A stretch of DNA of 64,000 bases from Tubulanus polymorphus. Lineage: Eukaryota > Animalia > Nemertea. The stretch covers positions 16,826,560 through 16,890,559 of the forward strand of contig NC_134027.1 in assembly GCF_964204645.1 (NCBI RefSeq), read 5' to 3'. Shown here in pieces: positions 1 through 10,800 of this stretch. The notes beneath the pieces are model-generated. The model did not search any database. It saw only the letters and a list, made by a program, of their open reading frames with translations, and was not told where the DNA came from. How positions within the stretch are numbered: the first letter of the stretch is position 1; the number at the start of each line of letters is the position of its first letter. Made by a program: the position numbers and the translations under genes.

Positions 1-2675
1 AAACGTCTTTTCTCGCGCTGAACGACGTTTTCGGGTCGAAAAGTGCTTTTCCTGACGATTTGAGCGCTTTTACGCATCGACATTGTCGTTTTTCCGATAG
101 GGGTTATATTTCATACGAAAACGTCTTTTCTCGCGCTGAACGACGTTTTCGGGTCGAAAAGTGCTTTTCCTGACGATTTGAGCGCTTTTAAGCATCGACA
201 TTGTCGTTTTTCCGATAGGGGGAATATTTGATACGAAAACGTCTTTTCTCGCGCTGAACGACGTTTTCGGGTCGAAAAGTGCTTTTCCTGACGATTTGAG
301 CGCTTTTACGCATCGACATTGTCGTTTTTCCGATACGGGGAATATTTGATACGAAAACGTCTTTTCTCGCGCTGAACGACGTTTTCGCGACGAAAATTGC
401 TTTTCCTGACGATTTGAGCGCTTTTACGCATCGACATTGTCGTTTTTCCGATAGGGGGAATATTTGATACGAAAACTTCTTTTCTCGCGCTGAACGACGT
501 TTTCGGGTCGAAAAGTGCTTTTCCTGACGATTTGAGCGCTTTTACGCATCGACATTGTCGTTTTTCCGATAGGGGGAATATTTGATACGAAAACGTCTTT
601 TCTCGCGCTGAACGACGTTTTCGGTTCGAAAAGAGCATTTCCTGACGATTCGAGCGCTTTTACGCATCGACATTGTCGTTTTTCCGATAGGGGTTATATT
701 TCATACGAAAACGTCTTTTCTCGCGCTGAACGACGTTTTCGGGTCGAAAAGTGCTTTTCCTGACGATTTGAGCGCTTTTACGCATCGACATTGTCGTTTT
801 TCCGATAGGGGGAATATTTCATACGAAAACGTCTTTTCTCGCGCTGAACGACGTTTTCGCGTCGAAAAGTGTTTTTCCTGACGATTTGAGAGTTTTTACG
901 CATCGACATTGTCGTTTTTCCGATAGGGGTTATATTTCATACGAAAACGTCTTTTCTCGCGCTGAACGACGTTTTCGCGACGAAAAGTGTTTTTCCTGAC
1001 GATTTGAGTGCTTTTACGCATCGACATTGTCGTTTTTCCGATAGGGGGAATATTGGATACGAAAACGTCTTTTCTCGCGCTGAACGACGTTTTCGGGCCG
1101 AAAAGAGCTTTTCCTGACGATTTGAGCGATTTTACGCATCGACATTGTCGTTTTTCCGGTAGGGGGAATATTTCATACGAAAACGTCTTTTCTCGCGCTG
1201 AACGACGTTTTCGCGTCGAAAAGTGCTTTTCCTGACGATTTGAGAGTTTTTACGCATCGACATTGTCGTTTTTCCGATAGGGGTTATATTTCATACGAAA
1301 ACGTCTTTTCTCGCGCTGAACGACGTTTTCGGGTCGAAAAGTGCTTTTCCTGACGATTTGAGCGCTTTTACGCATCGACATTGTCGTTTTTCCGATAGGG
1401 GTTATATTTCATAACGAAAACGTCTTTTTTCGCGCTGAATGACGTTTTCGCATCGAAAAGTGCTTTTCCTGACGATTTGAGCGCTTTTACGCATCGACAT
1501 TGTCGTTTTTCCGATAGGGGGAATATTTGATACGAAAACGTCTTTTCTCGCGCTGAACGACGTTTTCGGGTCGAAAAGTGCTTTTCCTGACGATTTGAGC
1601 GCTTTTACGCATCGACATTGTCGTTTTTCCGATAGGGGTTATATTTCATACGAAAACGTCTTTTCTCGCGCTGAACGACGTTTTCGGGTCGAAAAGTGCT
1701 TTTCCTGACGATTTGAGCGCTTTTAAGCATCGACATTGTCGTTTTTCCGATAGGGGGAATATTTGATACGAAAACGTCTTTTCTCGCGCTGAACGACGTT
1801 TTCGGGTCGAAAAGTGCTTTTCCTGACGATTTGAGCGCTTTTACGCATCGACATTGTCGTTTTTCCGATACGGGGAATATTTGATACGAAAACGTCTTTT
1901 CTCGCGCTGAACGACGTTTTCGCGACGAAAATTGCTTTTCCTGACGATTTGAGCGCTTTTACGCATCGACATTGTCGTTTTTCCGATAGGGGGAATATTT
2001 GATACGAAAACTTCTTTTCTCGCGCTGAACGACGTTTTCGGGTCGAAAAGTGCTTTTCCTGACGATTTGAGCGCTTTTACGCATCGACATTGTCGTTTTT
2101 CCGATAGGGGGAATATTTGATACGAAAACGTCTTTTCTCGCGCTGAACGACGTTTTCGGTTCGAAAAGAGCATTTCCTGACGATTCGAGCGCTTTTACGC
2201 ATCGACATTGTCGTTTTTCCGATAGGGGTTATATTTCATACGAAAACGTCTTTTCTCGCGCTGAACGACGTTTTCGGGTCGAAAAGTGCTTTTCCTGACG
2301 ATTTGAGCGCTTTTACGCATCGACATTGTCGTTTTTCCGATAGGGGGAATATTTCATACGAAAACGTCTTTTCTCGCGCTGAACGACGTTTTCGCGTCGA
2401 AAAGTGTTTTTCCTGACGATTTGAGAGTTTTTACGCATCGACATTGTCGTTTTTCCGATAGGGGTTATATTTCATACGAAAACGTCTTTTCTCGCGCTGA
2501 ACGACGTTTTCGCGACGAAAAGTGTTTTTCCTGACGATTTGAGTGCTTTTACGCATCGACATTGTCGTTTTTCCGATAGGGGGAATATTGGATACGAAAA
2601 CGTCTTTTCTCGCGCTGAACGACGTTTTCGGGCCGAAAAGAGCTTTTCCTGACGATTTGAGCGATTTTACGCATC
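1..2675. repeat. 118-bp tandem satellite DNA, left block (continues beyond window start)
   Basis: AAACGTCTTTTCTCGCGCTG recurs at 1, 119, 237...; monomer AAACGTCTTTTCTCGCGCTGAACGACGTTTTCGGGTCGAAAAGTGCTTTTCCTGACGATTTGAGCGCTTTTACGCATCGACATTGTCGTTTTTCCGATAGGGGGAATATTTGATACGA with point variants. Confidence 0.98.
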
Positions 2676-2835
2676 GACTTAATAAAATACAGATATTGAC
2701 TATGACGAGGTGCATCTTTTATTTTCTTCACTACAAGACGTTTCGGCCTTCAAGCCTTCATCAATTGAGAATTGAATTAGACGGTTGAAGCAACAATACA
2801 TCGTTGATAAGGAAACATTATACCCGCAAATAAAA
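2676..2835 (-). repeat. PLE 3' pseudo-LTR (inverted copy at 4701-4860)
   Basis: Reverse complement of 4701-4860; contains AATAAA on the element sense strand. Confidence 0.92.
2731..2769 (-). ncRNA. Minimal hammerhead-ribozyme-like motif in pLTR (element sense strand)
   Basis: CTCAA-TTGATGA-A-GGC-ttgaag-GCC-GAAAC-GTC-TTGTAG: core (C>T)TGATGA, stem II, GAAAC, palindromic ACGT helix III, GUC site, stem I CAA/TTG. Confidence 0.65.
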
Positions 2836-2925
2836 TACAAATATGGAATTAACAACATGAGAATGAATGGATTAACAAGTACGAGCTTTCACAGATATAT
2901 TATACATAGTAATAATGATAATCAA

Positions 2926-2967
<42 letters not shown>

Positions 2968-2992
2968 TATTATTATAATAATAATAAAAATA
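2926..2992. repeat. (AAT)n/(TAT)n microsatellite in PLE 3' UTR
   Basis: aataataataat... run. Confidence 0.9.
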
Positions 2993-3113
2993 ATAGTAGT
3001 AGTAGTCATATGAAATACTGACCTAACACCAATAACGATAACAATAATGTACCACAAGAGACAATTTATCAGATGGGGATTTCATTTAAATATCGACATA
3101 AACTGAATTAGAA

Positions 3114-4700
3114 TTATCTACGATAGGTATCATCTTCGAGATTAAGGCCACAGGGGGACAACGTATTAAGTTTGTGGATGTAGAATGATTCCTTGAGGCG
3201 ACGTTCAGAAGTAGATTCTACGCTTTCAATGGCAGTAACCGAGATATCTGACAGGCTGTGATTGTTTGAATTGAAATGTTGTGCAACGAGGGTGTTAGTG
3301 TGATTTTTGGTGATAGAATAAAGATGCTCCCTGAATCTATCACCTAATCTTCGTCCTGTTTCACCGATATATTTGATATCACATTTGAGGCAAATGAGGC
3401 AATAAATGACGTTAGCACTAACGCATGAGAAGGACTGTTTTATACGGACGGATGAATGGCTCCCCACGATAGATTCAATATTACCTATTACATGATCACA
3501 TGTTTTACAAATTCTGCGTTGACAAGGGAAAGTGCCAGGAATTTCACATTCCTTATTTAGTTTAGTACGCACGAGCTTACTCCCAATACATCTGTCATTT
3601 TTGAAGCAGGTAAGGAGGTTACTGTCAAAAAGGTGTCCAATGTCATTGTCCTCGGATAGAATGTGAAAGTTACGTTTGATGGCACGTGCGACTTTAGAAC
3701 TATATTGATTGAATGTAAGAACTAGAGGAATTTTATGTTCGGAGCTTTTCACGGTTGTGGTCAGAGTGGTAGATCTTTCTATTCTACGGCATTTGTCAAG
3801 AGCTCTTGATAGGAGATTTTCAGGATAGCCACGTTCAGAGAAAAATATTCTCATGTCGTTAGATTTAATTTTGAAGTCCTGATTGTCAGAACAAATACGC
3901 CTTAGTCGCAAGAATTGGCTAAATGGTATGCTATTGATACATTTAGATGGATGGTTTGAATCATATCGAAGATAGCTGTGTGAGTCGGTGTTTTTATAGT
4001 GGACTGACGTTTCAATTTTGTTCGGTCCAACACTAAATATGGTGTCAAGAAAAACCTCGGATGTATCAGATATGGAGTGAGTTACTTCGATGGACCTATG
4101 AAAGCTATTGAAACTTTCGATAAAGTTTTCCAAATTCTCGCGTGACATATCGGTTTTACCCGCAACATCGTCAATAAATCTAACATAAATGTCCGGTATG
4201 GGGCCTTGGAAGCTATCGAAAAAGCATTTCTCAAGATGCCCCATGAAAATATTAGCGTAAACAGGCCCAAATCGAGTTCCCATGCTAACTCCCGATACTT
4301 GGTCGTAAAAACGACCATTGAATTCAAAACAATTTCTTGTGAGCACCAGTTCAGCAAGACGCAAAATAGTGACAGTAGGTATAACTGGGTTGCGGTTAAG
4401 ATCTAAGTAATATTTGAGGGCACGGAGGCCATCAGCATGGGGAATGTTAGTATATAAGGATTTTACATCCATGGTAAATAATAGCGTATTTTCGGAAACA
4501 GGTACATCCTTAATTAAATTGAGAAAATGGGTAGTATCCCTTACATATGATGGTAGTGTGGTGACAATATGTTGGAGGTGATCACTTAAAAAGTGTGAGA
4601 TTCTTTCAGTCGGGCAAGAACATGCTGACACAATCGGTCGGCCGGGATTGTTAAGTTTGTGAATTTTAGGAAGCATATAAAATATACTACACCTGGGTAT
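3114..4700 (-). CDS. Penelope-type reverse transcriptase + GIY-YIG endonuclease (N-terminally truncated, frame intact)
   Basis: FYMLPKIHK..PGRPIVS, MDVKSLYTNIP, GVSMGTRFGP.YANIFM, YVRFIDD, C-terminal NVIYCLIC..C...YIGETGRRLGDRFREH; the first 17 aa of the tracked ORF derive from the inverted pLTR. Confidence 0.95.
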   Translation of the reverse strand: MPRCSIFYMLPKIHKLNNPGRPIVSACSCPTERISHFLSDHLQHIVTTLPSYVRDTTHFLNLIKDVPVSENTLLFTMDVKSLYTNIPHADGLRALKYYLDLNRNPVIPTVTILRLAELVLTRNCFEFNGRFYDQVSGVSMGTRFGPVYANIFMGHLEKCFFDSFQGPIPDIYVRFIDDVAGKTDMSRENLENFIESFNSFHRSIEVTHSISDTSEVFLDTIFSVGPNKIETSVHYKNTDSHSYLRYDSNHPSKCINSIPFSQFLRLRRICSDNQDFKIKSNDMRIFFSERGYPENLLSRALDKCRRIERSTTLTTTVKSSEHKIPLVLTFNQYSSKVARAIKRNFHILSEDNDIGHLFDSNLLTCFKNDRCIGSKLVRTKLNKECEIPGTFPCQRRICKTCDHVIGNIESIVGSHSSVRIKQSFSCVSANVIYCLICLKCDIKYIGETGRRLGDRFREHLYSITKNHTNTLVAQHFNSNNHSLSDISVTAIESVESTSERRLKESFYIHKLNTLSPCGLNLEDDTYRR

Positions 4701-4860
4701 TTTTATTTGCGGGTATAATGTTTCCTTATCAACGATGTATTGTTGCTTCAACCGTCTAATTCAATTCTCAATTGATGAAGGCTTGAAGGCCGAAACGTCT
4801 TGTAGTGAAGAAAATAAAAGATGCACCTCGTCATAGTCAATATCTGTATTTTATTAAGTC
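4701..4860 (+). repeat. Inverted pseudo-LTR copy at the truncated 5' end of the PLE
   Basis: Reverse complement of 2676-2835. Confidence 0.92.
4767..4805 (+). ncRNA. Second copy of the hammerhead-like motif in the inverted pLTR
   Basis: Same 39-nt motif on + strand. Confidence 0.65.
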
Positions 4861-4894
4861 TTACCGGAGGTGAGGGGAACAAAATACGCATCAC

Positions 4895-7800
4895 TTACGC
4901 ATCGACATTGTCGTTTTTCCGGTAGGGGGAATATTTCATACGAAAACGTCTTTTCTCGCGCTGAACGACGTTTTCGGGCCGAAAAGAGCTTTTCCTGACG
5001 ATTTGAGCGCTTTTACGCATCGACATTGTCGTTTTTCCGATATGGGGAATATTCGATACGAAAACGTCTTTTCTCGCGCTGAACGACGTTTTCGGGTCGA
5101 AAAGTGCTTTTCCTGACGATTTGAGCGCTTTTACGCATCGACATTGTCGTTTTTCCGATAGGGGTTATATTTCATACGAAAACGTCTTTTCTCGCGCTGA
5201 ACGACGTTACGTTTTCGGGCCGAAAAGAGCTTTTCCTGACGATTTGAGCGCTTTTACGCATGGACATTGTCGTTTTTCCGATAGGGGGAATATTTGATAC
5301 GAAAACGTCTTTTCTCGCGCTGAACGACGTTTTCGGTTCGAAAAGAGCATTTCCTGACGATTCGAGCGCTTTTACGCATCGACATTGTCGTTTTTCCGAT
5401 AGGGGTTATATTTCATACGAAAACGTCTTTTCTCGCGCTGAACGACGTTTTCGGGTCGAAAAGTGCTTTTCCTGACGATTTGAGCGCTTTTACGCATCGA
5501 CATTGTCGTTTTTCCGATAGGGGGAATATTTCATACGAAAACGTCTTTTCTCGCGCTGAACGACGTTTTCGCGTCGAAAAGTGTTTTTCCTGACGATTTG
5601 AGAGTTTTTACGCATCGACATTGTCGTTTTTCCGATAGGGGTTATATTTCATACGAAAACGTCTTTTCTCGCGCTGAACGACGTTTTCGCGACGAAAAGT
5701 GTTTTTCCTGACGATTTGAGTGCTTTTACGCATCGACATTGTCGTTTTTCCGATAGGGGGAATATTGGATACGAAAACGTCTTTTCTCGCGCTGAACGAC
5801 GTTTTCGGGCCGAAAAGAGCTTTTCCTGACGATTTGAGCGATTTTACGCATCGACATTGTCGTTTTTCCGGTAGGGGGAATATTTCATACGAAAACGTCT
5901 TTTCTCGCGCTGAACGACGTTTTCGCGTCGAAAAGTGCTTTTCCTGACGATTTGAGAGTTTTTACGCATCGACATTGTCGTTTTTCCGATAGGGGGAATA
6001 TTGGATACGAAAACGTCTTTTCTCGCGCTGAACGACGTTTTCGGGTCGAAAAGTGCTTTTCCTGACGATTTGAGCGCTTTTACGCATCGACATTGTCGTT
6101 TTTCCGATAGGGGTTATATTTCATACGAAAACGTCTTTTCTCGCGCTGAACGACGTTTTCGGGCCGAAAAGAGCTTTTCCTGACGATTTGAGCGCTTTTA
6201 CGCATCGACATTGTCGTTTTTCCGATATGGGGAATATTCGATACGAAAACGTCTTTTCTCGCGCTGAACGACGTTTTCGGGTCGAAAAGTGCTTTTCCTG
6301 ACGATTTGAGCGCTTTTACGCATCGACATTGTCGTTTTTCCGATAGGGGTTATATTTCATACGAAAACGTCTTTTCTCGCGCTGAACGACGTTTTCGCGT
6401 CGAAAAGTGCTTTTCCTGACGATTCGAGAGTTTTTACGCATCGACATTGTCGTTTTTCCGATAGGGGGAATATTTGATACGAAAACGTCTTTTCTCGCGC
6501 TGAACGACGTTTTCGCGTCGAAAAGTGCTTTTCCTGACGATTCGAGCGCTTTTACGCATCGACATTGTCGTTTTTCCGATAGGGGGAATATTCGATACGA
6601 AAACGTCTTTTCTCGCGCTGAACGACGTTTTCGGGTCGAAAAGTGCTTTTCCTGACGATTTGAGCGCTTTTACGCATCGACATTGTCGTTTTTCCGATAG
6701 GGGGAATATTTGATACGAAAACGTCTTTTCTCGCGCTGAACGACGTTTTCGGAGCGAAAAGTGCTTTTCCTGACGATTTGAGCGCTTTTACGCATCGACA
6801 TTGTCGTTTATCCGATACGGGGAGAATGTGATGAGAAAACGTCTTTTCTCGCGCTGAACGACGTTTTCGCGACGAAAAGTGCTTTTCCTGACGATTTGAG
6901 CGCTTTTACGCATCGACATTGTCGTTTTTCCGATAGGGGGAATATTTGATACGAAAACGTCTTTTCTCGCGCTGAACGACGTTTTCGGGTCGAAAAGTGC
7001 TTTTCCTGACGATTTGAGCGCTTTTACGCATCGACATTGTCGTTTTTCCGATAGGGGGAATATTTCATACGAAAACGTCTTTTCTCGCGCTGAACGACGT
7101 TTTCGCGTCGAAAAGTGTTTTTCCTGACGATTTGAGAGTTTTTACGCATCGACATTGTCGTTTTTCCGATAGGGGTTATATTTCATACGAAAACGTCTTT
7201 TCTCGCGCTGAACGACGTTTTCGCGACGAAAAGTGTTTTTCCTGACGATTTGAGTGCTTTTACGCATCGACATTGTCGTTTTTCCGATAGGGGGAATATT
7301 GGATACGAAAACGTCTTTTCTCGCGCTGAACGACGTTTTCGGGCCGAAAAGAGCTTTTCCTGACGATTTGAGCGATTTTACGCATCGACATTGTCGTTTT
7401 TCCGGTAGGGGGAATATTTCATACGAAAACGTCTTTTCTCGCGCTGAACGACGTTTTCGCGTCGAAAAGTGCTTTTCCTGACGATTTGAGAGTTTTTACG
7501 CATCGACATTGTCGTTTTTCCGATAGGGGGAATATTGGATACGAAAACGTCTTTTCTCGCGCTGAACGACGTTTTCGGGTCGAAAAGTGCTTTTCCTGAC
7601 GATTTGAGCGCTTTTACGCATCGACATTGTCGTTTTTCCGATAGGGGTTATATTTCATACGAAAACGTCTTTTCTCGCGCTGAACGACGTTTTCGGGCCG
7701 AAAAGAGCTTTTCCTGACGATTTGAGCGCTTTTACGCATCGACATTGTCGTTTTTCCGATATGGGGAATATTCGATACGAAAACGTCTTTTCTCGCGCTG

Positions 7801-10800
7801 AACGACGTTTTCGGGTCGAAAAGTGCTTTTCCTGACGATTTGAGCGCTTTTACGCATCGACATTGTCGTTTTTCCGATAGGGGTTATATTTCATACGAAA
7901 ACGTCTTTTCTCGCGCTGAACGACGTTTTCGCGTCGAAAAGTGCTTTTCCTGACGATTCGAGAGTTTTTACGCATCGACATTGTCGTTTTTCCGATAGGG
8001 GGAATATTTGATACGAAAACGTCTTTTCTCGCGCTGAACGACGTTTTCGCGTCGAAAAGTGCTTTTCCTGACGATTCGAGCGCTTTTACGCATCGACATT
8101 GTCGTTTTTCCGATAGGGGGAATATTCGATACGAAAACGTCTTTTCTCGCGCTGAACGACGTTTTCGGGTCGAAAAGTGCTTTTCCTGACGATTTGAGCG
8201 CTTTTACGCATCGACATTGTCGTTTTTCCGATAGGGGGAATATTTCATACGAAAACGTCTTTTCTCGCGCTGAACGACGTTTTCGCGTCGAAAAGTGTTT
8301 TTCCTGACGATTTGAGAGTTTTTACGCATCGACATTGTCGTTTTTCCGATAGGGGTTATATTTCATACGAAAACGTCTTTTCTCGCGCTGAACGACGTTT
8401 TCGGGTCGAAAAGTGCTTTTCCTGACGATTTGAGCGCTTTTTACGCATCGACATTGTCGTTTTTCCGATAGGGGGAATATTTCATACGAAAACGTCTTTT
8501 CTCGCGCTGAACGACGTTTTCGCGTCGAAAAGTGTTTTTCCTGACGATTTGAGAGTTTTTACGCATCGACATTGTCGTTTTTCCGATAGGGGTTATATTT
8601 CATACGAAAACGTCTTTTCTCGCGCTGAACGACGTTTTCGGGTCGAAAAGTGCTTTTCCTGACGATTTGAGCGCTTTTACGCATCGACATTGTCGTTTTT
8701 CCGATAGGGGGAATATTTGATACGAAAACGTCTTTTCTCGCGCTGAACGACGTTTTCGGGTCGAAATGTGCTTTTCCTGACGATTTGAGCGCTTTTACGC
8801 ATCGACATTGTCGTTTTTCCGATAGGGGGAATATTTGATACGAAAACGTCTTTTCTCGCGCTGAACGACGTTTTCGGGTCGAAAAGTGCTTTTCCTGACG
8901 ATTTGAGCGCTTTTACGCATCGACATTGTCGTTTTTCCGATAGGGGGAATATTTGATACGAAAACGTCTTTTCTCGCGCTGAACGACGTTTTCGGAGCGA
9001 AAAGTGCTTTTCCTGACGATTTGAGCGCTTTTACGCATCGACATTGTCGTTTATCCGATACGGGGAGAATGTGATGAGAAAACGTCTTTTCTCGCGCTGA
9101 ACGACGTTTTCGCGACGAAAAGTGCTTTTCCTGACGATTTGAGCGCTTTTACGCATCGACATTGTCGTTTTTCCGATAGGGGGAATATTTGATACGAAAA
9201 CGTCTTTTCTCGCGCTGAACGACGTTTTCGGAGCGAAAAGTGCTTTTCCTGGCGATTTGAGCGCTTTTACGCATCGACATTGTCGTTTTTCCGATAGGGG
9301 GAATATTTGATACGAAAACGTCTTTTCTCGCGCTGAAAGACGTTTTCGGAGCGAAAAGTGCTTTTCCTGACGATTTGAGCGCTTTTACGCATCGACATTG
9401 TCGTTTTTCCGATAGGGGGAATATTTGATACGAAAACGTCTTTTCTCGCGCTGAACGACGTTTTCGGGTCGAAAAGTGCTTTTCCTGACGATTTGAGCGC
9501 TTTTACGCATCGACATTGTCGTTTTTCCGATAGGGGGAATATTTGATACGAAAACGTCTTTTCTCGCGCTGAACGACGTTTTAGGGTCGAAAAGTGCTTT
9601 TCCTGACGATTTGAGCGCTTTTACGCATCGACATTGTCGTTTTTCCGATAGGGGGAATATTTGATACGAAAACGTCTTTTCTCGCGCTGAACGACGTTTT
9701 CGGAGCGAAAAGTGCTTTTCCTGACGATTTGAGCGCTTTTACGCATCGACATTGTCGTTTATCCGATACGGGGAGAATGTGATGAGAAAACGTCTTTTCT
9801 CGCGCTGAACGACGTTTTCGCGACGAAAAGTGCTTTTCCTGACGATTTGAGCGCTTTTACGCATCGACATTGTCGTTTTTCCGATAGGGGGAATATTTGA
9901 TACGAAAACGTCTTTTCTCGCGCTGAACGACGTTTTCGGAGCGAAAAGTGCTTTTCCTGACGATTTGAGCGCTTTTACGCATCGACATTGTCGTTTATCC
10001 GATACGGGGAGAATGTGATGAGAAAACGTCTTTTCTCGCGCTGAACGACGTTTTCGCGACGAAAAGTGCTTTTCCTGACGATTTGAGCGCTTTTACGCAT
10101 CGACATTGTCGTTTTTCCGATAGGGGGAATATTTGATACGAAAACGTCTTTTCTCGCGCTGAACGACGTTTTCGGAGCGAAAAGTGCTTTTCCTGGCGAT
10201 TTGAGCGCTTTTACGCATCGACATTGTCGTTTTTCCGATAGGGGGAATATTTGATACGAAAACGTCTTTTCTCGCGCTGAACGACGTTTTCGGAGCGAAA
10301 AGTGCTTTTCCTGACGATTTGAGCGCTTTTACGCATCGACATTGTCGTTTTTCCGATAGGGGGAATATTTGATACGAAAACGTCTTTTCTCGCGCTGAAC
10401 GACGTTTTCGGGTCGAAAAGTGCTTTTCCTGACGATTTGAGCGCTTTTACGCATCGACATTGTCGTTTTTCCGATAGGGGGAATATTTGATACGAAAACG
10501 TCTTTTCTCGCGCTGAACGACGTTTTAGGGTCGAAAAGTGCTTTTCCTGACGATTTGAGCGCTTTTACGCATCGACATTGTCGTTTTTCCGATAGGGGGA
10601 ATATTTGATACGAAAACGTCTTTTCTCGCGCTGAACGACGTTTTCGGAGCGAAAAGTGCTTTTCCTGACGATTTGAGCGCTTTTACGCATCGACATTGTC
10701 GTTTATCCGATACGGGGAGAATGTGATGAGAAAACGTCTTTTCTCGCGCTGAACGACGTTTTCGCGACGAAAAGTGCTTTTCCTGACGATTTGAGCGCTT

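Larger units (their letters stand above)
2676..4894 (-). mobile_element. Penelope-like retroelement (PLE), 5'-truncated, with inverted pseudo-LTR, inserted in the satellite
   Basis: RT+GIY-YIG ORF; 160-bp inverted repeat 2676-2835 / 4701-4860; 34-bp extension 4861-4894; target duplication TTACGCATC(GAC) at 2667-2675 and 4895-4903; satellite resumes with the expected variant monomer (ccggtagg). Confidence 0.93.

Noticed and set aside
28-42. CENP-B box in the satellite
   Set aside because: Shares only TTCG with the CENP-B box; the required downstream A..CGGG spacing is not matched
2785-3057. Poly-Asn / poly-Ile ORFs
   Set aside because: Translations of the (AAT)n microsatellite and pLTR
4701-4751. 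MKQQYIVDKETLYPQIK as the real N-terminus of the PLE protein
   Set aside because: Encoded by the antisense strand of the inverted pLTR; RT homology starts at about 4700
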